A stretch of DNA of 36,453 nt from Octopus sinensis. Taxonomy: Eukaryota. Under the pieces are notes generated by a model. It saw only the letters and a list, made by a program, of their open reading frames with translations. It had not been told where the DNA came from and searched no databases. Below are positions 23,130-34,456 of this stretch, piece after piece. The number at the start of each line of letters is the position of its first letter. Position 1 is the stretch's first letter. The DNA lies in NCBI RefSeq assembly GCF_006345805.1, contig NW_021824693.1, positions 1-36,453 on the forward strand, read 5' to 3'. Both the position numbers and the translations under genes were made by a program.

Positions 23130-23635
23130 TGGAGGCGCGTAGCTTTGTGGTTAGGGTGTTGGACTCATGATCATAAGATTGTGGTTTCGATTTCTGGAAC
23201 CAGCCGACGCGTTGTGCTCTTGAGCAAAATATTTTATTTCACGTTGCTCCAGTCCACTCAGCTGAAACAAATGAGTAATCCTACGACTGACCGGCATCCC
23301 ATCAATATGGGGAATATATATATCATAAAAATTGGGAAACCGGCCCTTATGATTCGGCATGACACGAGAAGAAAACTTTACTTTTGTGGAGGCGAGTGGC
23401 TTAGTGGTTATGGTGTTGGACACATGATCATAAGATTATGGTTTTGAATCCTAGACTGGGCGATGCGCTTTGTTCTTGAGCGAAATATTTCATTTCTCGT
23501 CGTTCCAGTCCACTCGCCAAGCAAAAATGAGTAATGCTGCGATAGACGGCCGTCGCGTCCAGATGGAGTGTATATACGCCGTGGAAACCCGGAAACCGGC
23601 CCTTGGGTCTATATGACTCGGATTGGAACTTTACA
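23130..23635 (+). mobile_element. Head-to-tail pair of SINE family D (tail type 3): 23130-23385 and 23387-23635
   Basis: Both start GGAGGCG.GT.GCT..GTGGTTA.GGTGTTGGAC.CATGATCATAAGATT and share the core and the GAAACCGGCCCTT tail. Confidence 0.9.
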
Positions 23636-24161
23636 ACTACTTTACCACTTATATTATGTTGTTAGTGTTTGCTTGCCAGATGACATCCACTGTGAAGACT
23701 GCACTTCAGATAGAGAAACTCTAGATATTATAGTAGTTTCTTGATAATGGTTTTCTCTAGCATATTTGTGATGCTATAAGTTGGTGCGCTGAGACAACAG
23801 CAGGAAGGCCCAGGTTTATCCTTATTGAGAATGAAACACACTGCAGTGATTATCTAATGCGTATATATCCCAGTATAGATAGAGGGAAGAGTTAGAGAGT
23901 TGGGCAAGGATAGAGTCTGGTCTAGCATGCATTGTTTGTTAGTAGAAAAGATTGTTTGAAAATAACGCAAAAGCCAATTGTCATGGCTGGTTTCATTCAA
24001 TGTTGGTTTGTAAAGATCAAAGAGTTTTATCAAAATTATTTTCCTCACATTTCAGCACTTCAATGTCGGGACGTTTTTAGCAACTATTAAAGAACTGAAT
24101 GTATAATATGTGTACGAATATGTACGTGTGATCGAGAAAAAGAGTAAGAGTAAGAGAGAGA

Positions 24162-24210
<49 letters not shown>

Positions 24211-24659
24211 ATAACGGGTTTGTGTATTTGATATTAAGAGAGTCACTTATTTTGTTTGGCGCTTTATCTTGATGTTTGTTATACCGATATTGTTTCAATA
24301 TAATACAGTTGTTTTTGTTTTCTGTTTGTTTTTAACAATTTTTTTTTTCTGATGAAGCAACCTAATGTTTCTTCTGAAAGCTACAGTTCTTTTCTTCTTC
24401 ATGCCATAGCATTTATTTCACTATTTGAACTGTTTGCTTTGGTATTTGCCAATGTAGAACATCACAAGATTCCTTCTATTCTGCTGGTTTTGCCGCAAAT
24501 ACTATAGGAGGGCATTTTGGCGTAGCTTGGCGAGTGATGAGAAGTTAAAGTTGCAATTTTTTGTGTCAAATTTCCTATATTTTGAGAAAAGGCATAAATG
24601 ACATTATCACAGAGAAGCGAACGCACAAATACACACACACACACATAACATTTATATTT

Positions 24660-25000
24660 TTCCCTCTAGTTTCAGCTCAGAGCTGCGGCCATGCCGATGC
24701 ACCACCGTTTTGCTACACTGTTATTACTAAGAGCCTCCTCTAATATTTGGCACTTGGTGAAGAATGGAGTTTGATATAGCTACCCTCATTTGCACTTCTT
24801 GCCGTGAGGTAGGTTCATCTGGTACTCTCGATAGGAAGAGGTCCAGCTTTGATTTAAAACCCCCTACATCTACTATGTGCTAGTTCCTCAGATATTTTGG
24901 GAGAAAATTAAAAAGCTGTGGGCCTTTGAAATCCAGGCTGTTGCAGTAACTGTTCCTGAAGCGTGATGACGTTGCTGGGATCTTTGGCTCTATGCAGTGT
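24660..25000 (-). mobile_element. 3' end of a CR1/L2-type LINE (ORF2 C-terminus and 3'UTR)
   Basis: One frame with one internal stop: GRHCIEPKIPATSSRFRNSYCNSLDFKGPQLFNFLPKYLRN*HIVDVGGFKSKLDLFLSRVPDEP..SNSILHQ, matching the GPRLFNxLP..IRN..FKxxLDxFL..IPDEP tail of CR1-group ORF2. Confidence 0.8.
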
Positions 25001-25004
25001 CGTC

Positions 25005-25077
25005 CCGTTCCGCGGCGGAATTTGAACTCAGAACGTAGCGGCAGACGAAATACCACTAAGAATTTCGCCCGGCTGGC
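25005..25077 (-). mobile_element. Head fragment of SINE family C
   Basis: GCCGGGCGAAAT..GGTATTTC..CTACGTTCTGAGTTCAAATTCCGCCG matches 32725-32785. Confidence 0.85.
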
Positions 25078-25694
25078 TTTATAGATCTAATCTATATCAA
25101 TCAGCATTTTACATATTTTGCCAAATATTCAAAGAATTTCGATGAACTGGGTTTAGTCTAGTTAACTGCCTTGACTATTGTCTATTTTTTTTATCTTAAA
25201 CGCTTCTGGATGTGCTTGTTGTCTATTAATTGCAAAATAATCTCAGCTAATCGAAGATTTTCATTTCTCTACTCTCTATAATATATATTTCAGACGCTAA
25301 AATACATATACTTATGTATGTGTGTGTGTGTGTGTGCACGCGCACGCATAATGGGATGTGTGCGGCTTGTATTTTACATGTTCGATAATTGGGAATATTA
25401 CTGATTTCAGTTTTTCTTTTCGGTGTTACCAACATAAATAATATTCTTAAACAGGTGAAACGTTTTCATCCTTAAAAGTTTGAAGCACTGAACCACAGCA
25501 CGTGACTCATTTTGTGGGAGGGAACCAGACGATTAGATCGACGCAACTGGTACTTAAATCAGCTCTCTTTTAGCTGTTGTTTCATATATGGTATTATAGA
25601 CATATATGCATACACAAACACACACACACGCACACACATACATAATATGTGTACATTATATATATATATATATATGCATGTATGTATATATATA

Positions 25695-25890
25695 GTTAAT
25701 CCAAACAAGAAAGCACAAAAAAACACAACAACGCGAGGACGTGGAACAAATATAGTATTATTGGACGCTCGGGAAAGAAGGAGGGTTTAACGTTTCGAAT
25801 GGAGGTCTTCGTCGGAAACATAAGAGAAGGATAGATCCAGGGAAGGGAAGACGGAGGAAAAAAATCGCCATCGGTACACACGCGGTCACA
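25695..25890 (-). mobile_element. Short hammerhead-like element family G between (TA)n tracts
   Basis: Aligns with 36300-36453 and 35700-35900; GTTT-CCGACGA-A..GAAAC-GTT-AAAC at 25820-25785. Confidence 0.8.
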
Positions 25891-25896
25891 TTTTGA

Positions 25897-25929
<33 letters not shown>

Positions 25930-26199
25930 ATATATATACACACATGCATATGTATATCTATTTAATTATCTACATATCCACACCCAGCCATTCACATACA
26001 AGTAGAATAGCACTCAATCAGCTTAGAGAGTATGTATGTATATATGTATGTATGTATGTAAAGCTTAACGCGGAGATACTTTAATGACGTCATAAAACTG
26101 CGGTATTCGGTTTGTGAATGCATTTCATGCAGCTAGATAGTATTAAAAATCACAAAATATCAACATTGAACAAAAAATTATCCAGCACCGGTCGTGAAC

Positions 26200-26347
26200 G
26201 GACTTCCACTCACTTTCTGTCTACTAAAATTACTCAAAGGTATTGGTCGGTCTGGAGCCATCGTAGAAGACACATATACAATGTGCCGTGCGGTAGGACA
26301 GAAACCGAAGCAACATGGTTGCAAACCGCACCTCTTAACTACACAGC
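26200..26347 (-). mobile_element. Diverged SINE A head/body
   Basis: TTGGTCGG..TAGAAGACAC..ACAGAAACCG..CATGGTTG..ACACAGC resembles 21940-22080. Confidence 0.65.
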
Positions 26348-26500
26348 ATCATCACATCTAACCATGAACTATTAGTTACAATGTATTACAAGAGCATCCG
26401 AATGAAAAACGCTCTTGTCAACATGATACCAGAAAATTTCAAACTGAAAGAGTTTTCCAGGTCGTCATAAATGAAAGAAAAACTTAAGAGGTGTTATAAT

Positions 26501-26547
<47 letters not shown>

Positions 26548-27374
26548 GCTCTTGTTGAAATACGAAATAGTTTCACCGTATTGAAAAACGCTTTACTGCG
26601 AAGAAAATATGAAGCAAGATAACAACTACAGTAACGAAAAAGCAGACAAAAAAATACATGCGTCTAATTCTTGAACGCGTTTTAATTGGAGAAATAACAT
26701 TTGAAAATGAAAGCTATAGAAACGAAACGATATAACTATATTTTTTCCCACAAATGAAAAACGAAAAAAAAATATTAATAGCTTTGCAAAACTGCTGAGA
26801 CGTACGCTCACCGAAACAAGTACATTCACATACAAAATAAATAAATGAATAAATAGATAACAATGAATGCTAAAAAAAATATATATTAACAAGAAAGAGA
26901 AAATTTTATTAAGATGAAAAATAACGAAAAAAAAATTGTCATATTCGTCTAGTTAAAATACAAACATAATAACTTTGCTGCGTTGTTCTGTAGATGCAGC
27001 AACTGCGTGCGCGCACACATACACGCACACATACACACACACAAATGTACATATATCTATGTATGTTTATACATACATACATACATACTTATGTATATGC
27101 ATGTCTGTATTTTACCTATGTATGTATCATATCTTATTGTATCATATTTTGTATTGATATATATATATATGCATATACATACATACATTATATATATATA
27201 TATATATATACATATATAGGTAAAAAATATATATATATATATGTATATATATTTATACATATGTATATATATATATGTGTATGTATACACACATGTACAT
27301 AAACGCACATACATACACACATACATATACACACGTACATACACGCACACACAAACACACACACGTACATATAC

Positions 27375-27417
<43 letters not shown>

Positions 27418-27689
27418 GACAGACAGACAAACAGTGACACAGAGAGTGTGGAACACCTACACGCACCCACACATACACACATTCCTACTCCGTCTCCGTA
27501 CACATGCTAACAGACACACACCCACACATATCCACACCCACCCATTCACAAATTCTTCAGACTACCTCTCAAACACCCTTCTACTGTCGCGAGTACTACT
27601 GACCATTCCATCTACAAAAACACCCATACATACATCTGTCACCATAGCTACTGACCCCTCACTACGGCATTAACAGACACACACAGATC

Positions 27690-27747
27690 CCTAATATAAA
27701 CACATGTAAGGAGTTCATACCACACATACTACACACACACACCCACA

Positions 27748-27782
<35 letters not shown>

Positions 27783-28120
27783 ACCATCATACGCACATTC
27801 GCTACCGCGCACAGACGCACGCACTCAGTTACTACCACACACGCACAGACACGCTACCTTACACACATGCCTCCACCAGCACGCACACACACACACGCTA
27901 CCGTACACACACACACGCACCACACACACACACACACACACAGTTACCATCATACGCACATTCGCTACCGCGCACAGACGCACGCACTCAGTTACTACCA
28001 CACACGCACAGACACGCTACCTTACACACATGCCTCCACCAGCACGCACACACACACACGCTACCGTACACACACACACGCACACACACACACATACACA
28101 CAGACACCTACCATTCTTCA
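27690..28120. repeat. (CA)n-derived minisatellite with a 163-bp tandem duplication
   Basis: AGTTACCATCATACGCACATTCGCTACCGCGCACAGACG.. starts at both 27779 and 27942. Confidence 0.9.
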
Positions 28121-28139
28121 CACTCCTGTCCCAGAAAGC

Positions 28140-28325
28140 ACTTTCTTTTTGTCTATCTCTTTGTCAGGTCATTCCAAAATGTAACTACACGTGAACTGCT
28201 GGCGATTTTTTTCCTCACATCTTCCTTTTCCTTTTGGACTTTCCTATGTCTCCTGTTTCCGAAGAAGAGTTTTGCACGAAATGTAAGACAACCACTCTTT
28301 CTTTCCTTCTCTGAGTGTCTTATTA
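28140..28325 (+). mobile_element. Diverged family G element
   Basis: GGCGATTTT..CCTT..TTGGACTTT..GTTT-CCGAAGA-A-GAGT..GCAC-GAAAT-GTA-AGAC aligns with 35720-35840 and 36310-36420. Confidence 0.65.
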
Positions 28326-29040
28326 ATACTTTGCATGTAGCACATACTCACGTAGTTATTTTTTCTTTGTCGTTTTTTCTCCGTTTTATTTTATTAACTA
28401 TTTACCAACACACACACACACGGTACCATCTCACGCACACAGTTACTTCCACACACACACATACTACCGTGCACACACGCACTATCACACACACACACAC
28501 ATACCACCGCACACACACGCGCACACAAATGCGCACACACCACACATACACACAGATACCTGCCATTCTTCCGACTGGCTATGGAGTACTTAATTCGCAG
28601 AATTCTTTCTACCATCGGATTATATCACCTTATTCATTCGAAGTACGCCATTCCTGCACCTTAATTATATATACGTATATAAAATGATACGGGTTTACTA
28701 TGGAATTCCCATAATGCATGTGCAGTGATATACACTGAGCGGCCTATGTGCTCCACCGTGTTTGTATCTTGATAGCTTTCAGAAGAATGAATACTTTTCA
28801 TTGAAATTTTCTACAAATATGAGTCAAATGATATAGATTTCCAATATATCAGAATTCGCAAAAAACAAAAGGAAACAGATGCAATGTGTGCCATTAACTA
28901 TTTACCGACACATACACACACACGCTACCTTACACACATACGGTATCACACATACACACATGGCTCCACCACCACACGCACAAACACACAGTTACTTCCA
29001 CACACACATGCTATCATACACACGCGCTATCACACACATA

Positions 29041-29440
29041 TAGGCGTAGGAGTGGCTGTGTGGTAAGTAGCTTGCTTACCAACCACATGGTTCCGAGTTC
29101 AGTCCCACTACGTGGTACCTTGGGCAAGTGTCTTCTACTATAGACTCGGGCCGACCAATGCCTTGTGAGTGGATTTGGTAGACGTAAACTGAAAGAAACC
29201 CGTCGTATATATGTATACATATATATGTATGTGTGTGTTTATGTTTGTGTGTCTGTGTTTGTACTCCCAACATCGCTTGACCACCGATGCTGATGTGTTT
29301 ACGTCCCCGTAACTTAGCGGTTCGGTTCGGCATAAGCGACCGATAGAATAAATACTAGGTTTACAAAGAATAAGTACAAAGAATAAGTTCTGTATGGCCG
29401 CAGTCAAATGACTGAAGCAAGTAAAAAGTAAAGAGTATAT
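29041..29440 (+). mobile_element. Composite SINE A/B, near full length
   Basis: A-box TGGCTGTGTGG, B-box GAGTTCAGTCC, CORE-like ACCTTGGGCAAGT, internal (TA)/(TG) tract 29205-29255, B body, tail ATGGCCGCAGTCAAATGACTGAAGCAAGTAAA. Confidence 0.9.
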
Positions 29441-30189
29441 CAGGGCACATTTGTGAATGTATGCCTACTGCTTTAATATAACTAATACTGACATTAGATT
29501 GCAATTATATAATTACATATCAGCTTCAATCGCTTCACTTTCATTTTGTGTGTAATAATATTTAACTAAATAATTGCATGTTCTTTATAAACTAAGAATA
29601 TACTTCTTTGGTTCGGTTTGCATCAAAAGGGTGACAGTACTGTGAATGAGAAGGGTTCAATTTTTCACTACACAGAAACGTAAATAGGATAACTGTATTT
29701 ACGATGGTATTGTGTTTAGTAATAAATATTAAAGATGTCAAAATATCCATCGTAGTGCACACACACACACACACTCGCATATATATTATATAAAATTTAT
29801 TGGCAGTAGTTAGGTAGTAATTTTTCATTGCTTTCTAAACGCACGTTTTCTAAACATAATTGCGTTTCATCTTATAGGCCTACGTTTTCTGTTATTGACG
29901 TGCGAGCTTTATTCATGTTACATGTCTTGCTAGCATTCTTCCCATATGAATTTTATACGTATACTTACGCATATACACGGTAGAGCATATGATACAATAA
30001 TATAAACCGATGTAAAACCTGCTATCTGAAAGAGTGTGTGTTCGCAATAGGATATATATACATATGTATGTATGCATGTATGTATGTATGTTTGTCTATG
30101 CACACGCATGCACGCTCCTTTGTCTTAGTGTCTATGTTTCCCCACACCTATTATTAAACCGGTGTTTGTCTTAGCGTCTATGATTGTCT

Positions 30190-30372
30190 ATCACCATTTG
30201 ACAACCAAAGTTAGTTTGCTCATGTACCCATGACGTAGTGGTTCGACAAAAAAGAGATCAATAGTATTGGTACGTGACTTCAAAAAATTCAAGCACTGGC
30301 GGTCGATTCGTTTAGCCGAACCCTTCAAAGTATTGTCCTAGCATGGCCGCAGTCAGTGACGGAAACTAGTAA
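30190..30372 (+). mobile_element. Diverged SINE B part
   Basis: TTGACAACC..GGTTCGACAAAA..GGTCGATT..GCATGGCCGCAGTCAGTGACGGAAACTAGTAAA. Confidence 0.7.
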
Positions 30373-31089
30373 ACTCATAAAACATAAGACAAAGAAACAT
30401 GTTATGCTTTATTTCAAGGACCTCTTTTCACAATCATCGGAGTGTGAAGCACTCCTCACGAACGCAGGTTCGTGAGATGGTTGTGATCTATAAACACTTT
30501 TTGAAGTCAGAACTGGAAAAAGATGTATGAATACGCGATGCGAACGTGCGCATAGAATTCGTAAAACGGAAGCGAAGAATAAAAACGCAATGCGCATGCC
30601 AAAATAAAACAGAAGAGAAGAATAAAACACAAGTTGCATGATGGTCGGCATACCACGTCGAAGACTACTCTCACGCATCTTTGCTGAAATTTTCTTGTTT
30701 AATGTCATATTGATCCATTTTATAACTTGGTTGTATTTCGTTTGTGTTTTGTGCGCTTTCATTGAGCGTTTCATCTACTGCATCTCAGAATTTGTTACTG
30801 TAATAAACACCGAATACTATAGTATTGTCTGGTAAAGCATTTAGCTTTCCTGTGGTTATCTAATCTTTCTTTCTTTAGTAAATTCTCGTTATTTAAAGCC
30901 TCTTTAGTTCATAACAATTTAAAAGCGATCGTCAAGAGGGATTTGGTTATCGACATTTTCTCTCTATGAGGACACTCATTATTTCCGCTCATGTTTACGT
31001 ATTCGCTTGTTTTTGCTGTAAGTTGCAATACTGCACGTGCTCCGCATTATTTCTGCATTTATATCCCGTCACTTTCTCTGTCTGTCTGT

Positions 31090-31108
31090 CTGTCTCATTC
31101 TCTCTCTG

Positions 31109-31200
<92 letters not shown>

Positions 31201-31578
31201 GTGTGTGTGTATGTATATATACCCATATATATATATATATTATATATACCTACAAACATACATATACATACATACATATATATATATATACATACATACA
31301 TACATACATATACATACATACATATATATACATACATACATATATATTATATATATGTATATATACATATATACATGCAGTGATGCTGTGAGCGCTTGTG
31401 CGTTAGTGTGTATTTTAGTTTTAGTATGTGTTAGTGTGTGTTTGCGAATGTATTTGAAGAAATAGAGAAAATTATATATACATACTAAGTATATACTAAA
31501 ATGCACACATATATACATATAATCATATACAACCTATACATATATATGTATGTATCTATGTATATGCATGATATACAA

Positions 31579-31640
<62 letters not shown>
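31090..31640. repeat. Compound (TA)n/(TG)n/(CATA)n microsatellite region
   Basis: Directly visible. Confidence 0.9.
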
Positions 31641-31641
<1 letters not shown>

Positions 31642-31959
31642 GGTATGCATGTATGATCACCTATGAAGAAAAAGAGACTGCGTGTCTATATTCGTGATGA
31701 AGAGACGGTTGTCTAGAGCAAATATTACGAAAACAACACGCAAATACCCAATACTACAATATAGAATGAATTAGAGAATAAATAAAACAGCCGGAAGTCA
31801 TGTATCCGTCTATTTGTTTGAGATGTTGTAATGTTGAACATCGCTAGTTGATATGTGACGCACACTGACGTTAGGCGAGGCAACAGGAGGCAGGTCGGGT
31901 TTGCATAACCTCATCGGTTTTTGTTAGCACAGAGGAAACCGAATGTTGCTGTTGTTTTT

Positions 31960-32570
31960 GTTGTTGATGATGATGATGATGATGATGATGATGACGATTA
32001 TGATTATGATGATTATAGCGATGGAGTGACAGTCGATGGGGTGATGATGATGATGGTGGTGGTGGTAGTGATGATGGTGTCAACGATGACGACGACGATG
32101 ATTATGATGATAAAAATGACGATGACGATGATGATGATGAGGATGATGATGATGATGATTATGATTATGATGATTATAGCGATGGAGGTGATAGTCGATG
32201 GGGTGTTGATGATGATGACGATGGTGGTGGTGGTAGTGATGATGATGTCAACTATGATGATGATGATAATGATTAAAATGACGATGACGATGATGATGAT
32301 GACGACGATGCGGATGACGGTGATCATGATCATATTGACGACGACAACGACAATGATGATTACAATGATGTAATGATAGCGATGGTGGTGATGGTGGGTG
32401 GGGTGTTGGTGAGGATGAGGATGATGATCATCATCATGATCGTCATCATGATGATCGTCATCAATGTCATCATGGTGGTAGTGATGATGATAACGTCGAC
32501 AGTGACGAAGATGATGAGAAATCTGCCGTTGCCGCTAACAAAAATGCGGAAATAACAATGATGATGATTA
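31960..32570. repeat. (GAT)n-based cryptic trinucleotide repeat with higher-order duplication
   Basis: GATTATAGCGATGGAG..AGTCGATGGGGTG recurs at ~32011 and ~32172, with a more decayed copy at ~32373. Confidence 0.9.
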
Positions 32571-32682
32571 AAATGTGAGCATATCAGCAATGATGTTACG
32601 TAATTCAACGTGTTCCTCTATTTTTTGCTGTGACATACAGTTTTGTTTCGACTGAATTTTGGTCAATTATTCTTGAGAGTAT

Positions 32683-33150
32683 GGAGGCGCGTAGCTTAGT
32701 GGTTAAGTTGTCAGAAACGTTAGCACGCCGGGCGAAATGCTTTGCGGTATTTCTGCTGTTACGTTCTGAGTTCAAATTCCGCCGAGGTCGACTTTGCCTT
32801 TCATCCTTTCGGGGTCGATAAATTAAAGTACCAGTTACGCACTGGGGTCGATGTAATCGACTTAATACCTATGTCTCTCCTTGTTTGTTCCCTCTATATT
32901 TAGCCCCTTGTGGGTAATAAAGAAATAGGTTAAGGTGTCAGCCCCATGATCGTAAGATTGTGGTTTCGATTCCTGAACCAGGCAGCGCGTTGTGTTCTTG
33001 AGCAAAACACTTCATTTCAAGTTGCTCCAGTCCACTCAGCTGGCAATAATGAGTAACGCTGAGATGGACCGGCGTCCCGTCCAGCTGGGGAACACATACG
33101 CCATAGAAACCGGGCCCATGAGCCTGGCTAGGCTTTAAAAGGGTGCATTA
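32683..33150 (+). mobile_element. SINE family D (tail type 3) interrupted by SINE family C
   Basis: Head split at 32714/32928; outer duplication AATTATTCTTG at 32665-32675 and 33158-33168. Confidence 0.9.
32715..32927 (+). mobile_element. 5'-truncated SINE family C nested insertion
   Basis: Flanked by GGTTAAG(T/G)TGTCAG at 32701-32714 and 32928-32941. Confidence 0.9.
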
Positions 33151-33269
33151 ATTGATTAATTATTCTTGCAAGTGAAATGACTAGTCGAGACACACTGCCT
33201 GTTTTGGGTTCCCAAGGATGACTTGATGAAGTCTGCATCCAAATATTTCGACGCTTATAATGAAGTTGC

Positions 33270-33470
33270 TGCTGTTACTTGTTTCAGTCATTAGACTGTG
33301 GCCATGCTGGAGCACTGACTTGAAGAATTTTTTAGTCGAATGAATTGACGCCAGTACTTATTAATTTTGTAAGCCTGATACTTACTCTATCGGTCCCTTT
33401 TTGCCGAACCACTAGCTTATGGCGACGTACACAAACCAAGACTGTTTGTCAACGGTGGGGGCGACAAGCA
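33270..33470 (-). mobile_element. SINE B part
   Basis: TTGTTTCAGTCATTAGACTGTGGCCATGCTGGAGCAC..TTTTGCCGAACC matches the other B copies. Confidence 0.8.
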
Positions 33471-33647
33471 CAGACAGCCACACACACACACACATGATAT
33501 TCGCCATGATAGATCGCTAGCCACTACAGATTCTTATATATAATACTGAATCATATCAAAGGGAAGTGGAAATTAATAGAAATTTTCACTTCCAGTGGCC
33601 TAAAGTGTAAAAATTTAGTCCAAAGACTATGTATCACTCATAAAATA

Positions 33648-33867
33648 CAGTGTTCATTTAAACACATAAGGAATTCACTCGTGGGATTCATCCCGCTAGA
33701 AAGAACAGCTAAGTTCCATAACCCCAAAATTAGGGATAAAATCCCGAAAGAAACGAAATGAAAAATTAAAACTTTTACCATCTAGTTTTGTGGTTATGGA
33801 ACCTAGCTGTTCTTTCTAGCGTGATGAATCCCATGAGTGCAACCATTAAGTGTTTAAATGTACACTG
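33648..33867. mobile_element. MITE with long TIRs, Tc1/mariner-type ends
   Basis: TA|CAGTGT...ACACTG|TA; about 85-95 bp of imperfect inverted repeat; no coding capacity. Confidence 0.85.
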
Positions 33868-33872
33868 TATTT

Positions 33873-33923
<51 letters not shown>

Positions 33924-34117
33924 ATATATATATATATATATATAGTACAAAGTGAGATAGGGTTTATGAGTGTAACCCACTATGGGATATCAGTCATCCA
34001 ATATACTGGTGGTGAAGCACCCAAAATGCAAATACATAAATGCTTATAATTGCAATGCAATTAATTCATTTATTGTATTAGATGGGCGAAGGTAAACTAT
34101 TTTACCTCAAATTCATA

Positions 34118-34256
34118 ATACAAATAAGAAAATGGAGGAACAGATTTATTTCAATCATCGACTTACAGATATTACCAATTCATGTTATTTATGAATTGGT
34201 AATATCTGTAAGTCGATGATTGAAATGAATCTGTTCCTCCATTTTCTTATTTGTAT
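34118..34256. repeat. 66-bp-arm palindrome with a 7-nt loop
   Basis: 34118-34183 is the reverse complement of 34191-34256 except T34147/G34227. Confidence 0.97.
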
Positions 34257-34289
34257 ATATGTATATATATATATATATATATGTATTTA

Positions 34290-34456
34290 TACGACAGGGT
34301 TCTTTCGGTTTCCGTCTACCAAATCCACTCACAAGGTTTTTGTAAGGCCGAGGCTATAGTAGAAGACACTTGCCCAAAGTGTCACGCAGTGGGACTGAAG
34401 TCGGAGCCATGTGGTTGGTAAGCAAGCTACATACCGCACGGCCACTCCTGCGCCCG
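34290..34456 (-). mobile_element. SINE A head/body
   Basis: TACGACAGGG..GTTTCCGTCTACCAAATCCACTCACAAGG..GACACTTGCCCAAAGTGTCACGCAGTGGGACTGAA..GGCCACTCCTGCGCC. Confidence 0.85.

Noticed and set aside
27766-28100. CRISPR-like repeat-spacer array
   Set aside because: Eukaryotic context, repeats are CA microsatellite, the interspersed words are themselves duplicated, and there are no cas genes.
30409-30774. 121-aa minus-strand ORF as a membrane protein
   Set aside because: Hydrophobicity follows from T-rich composition; no family motif recognised.
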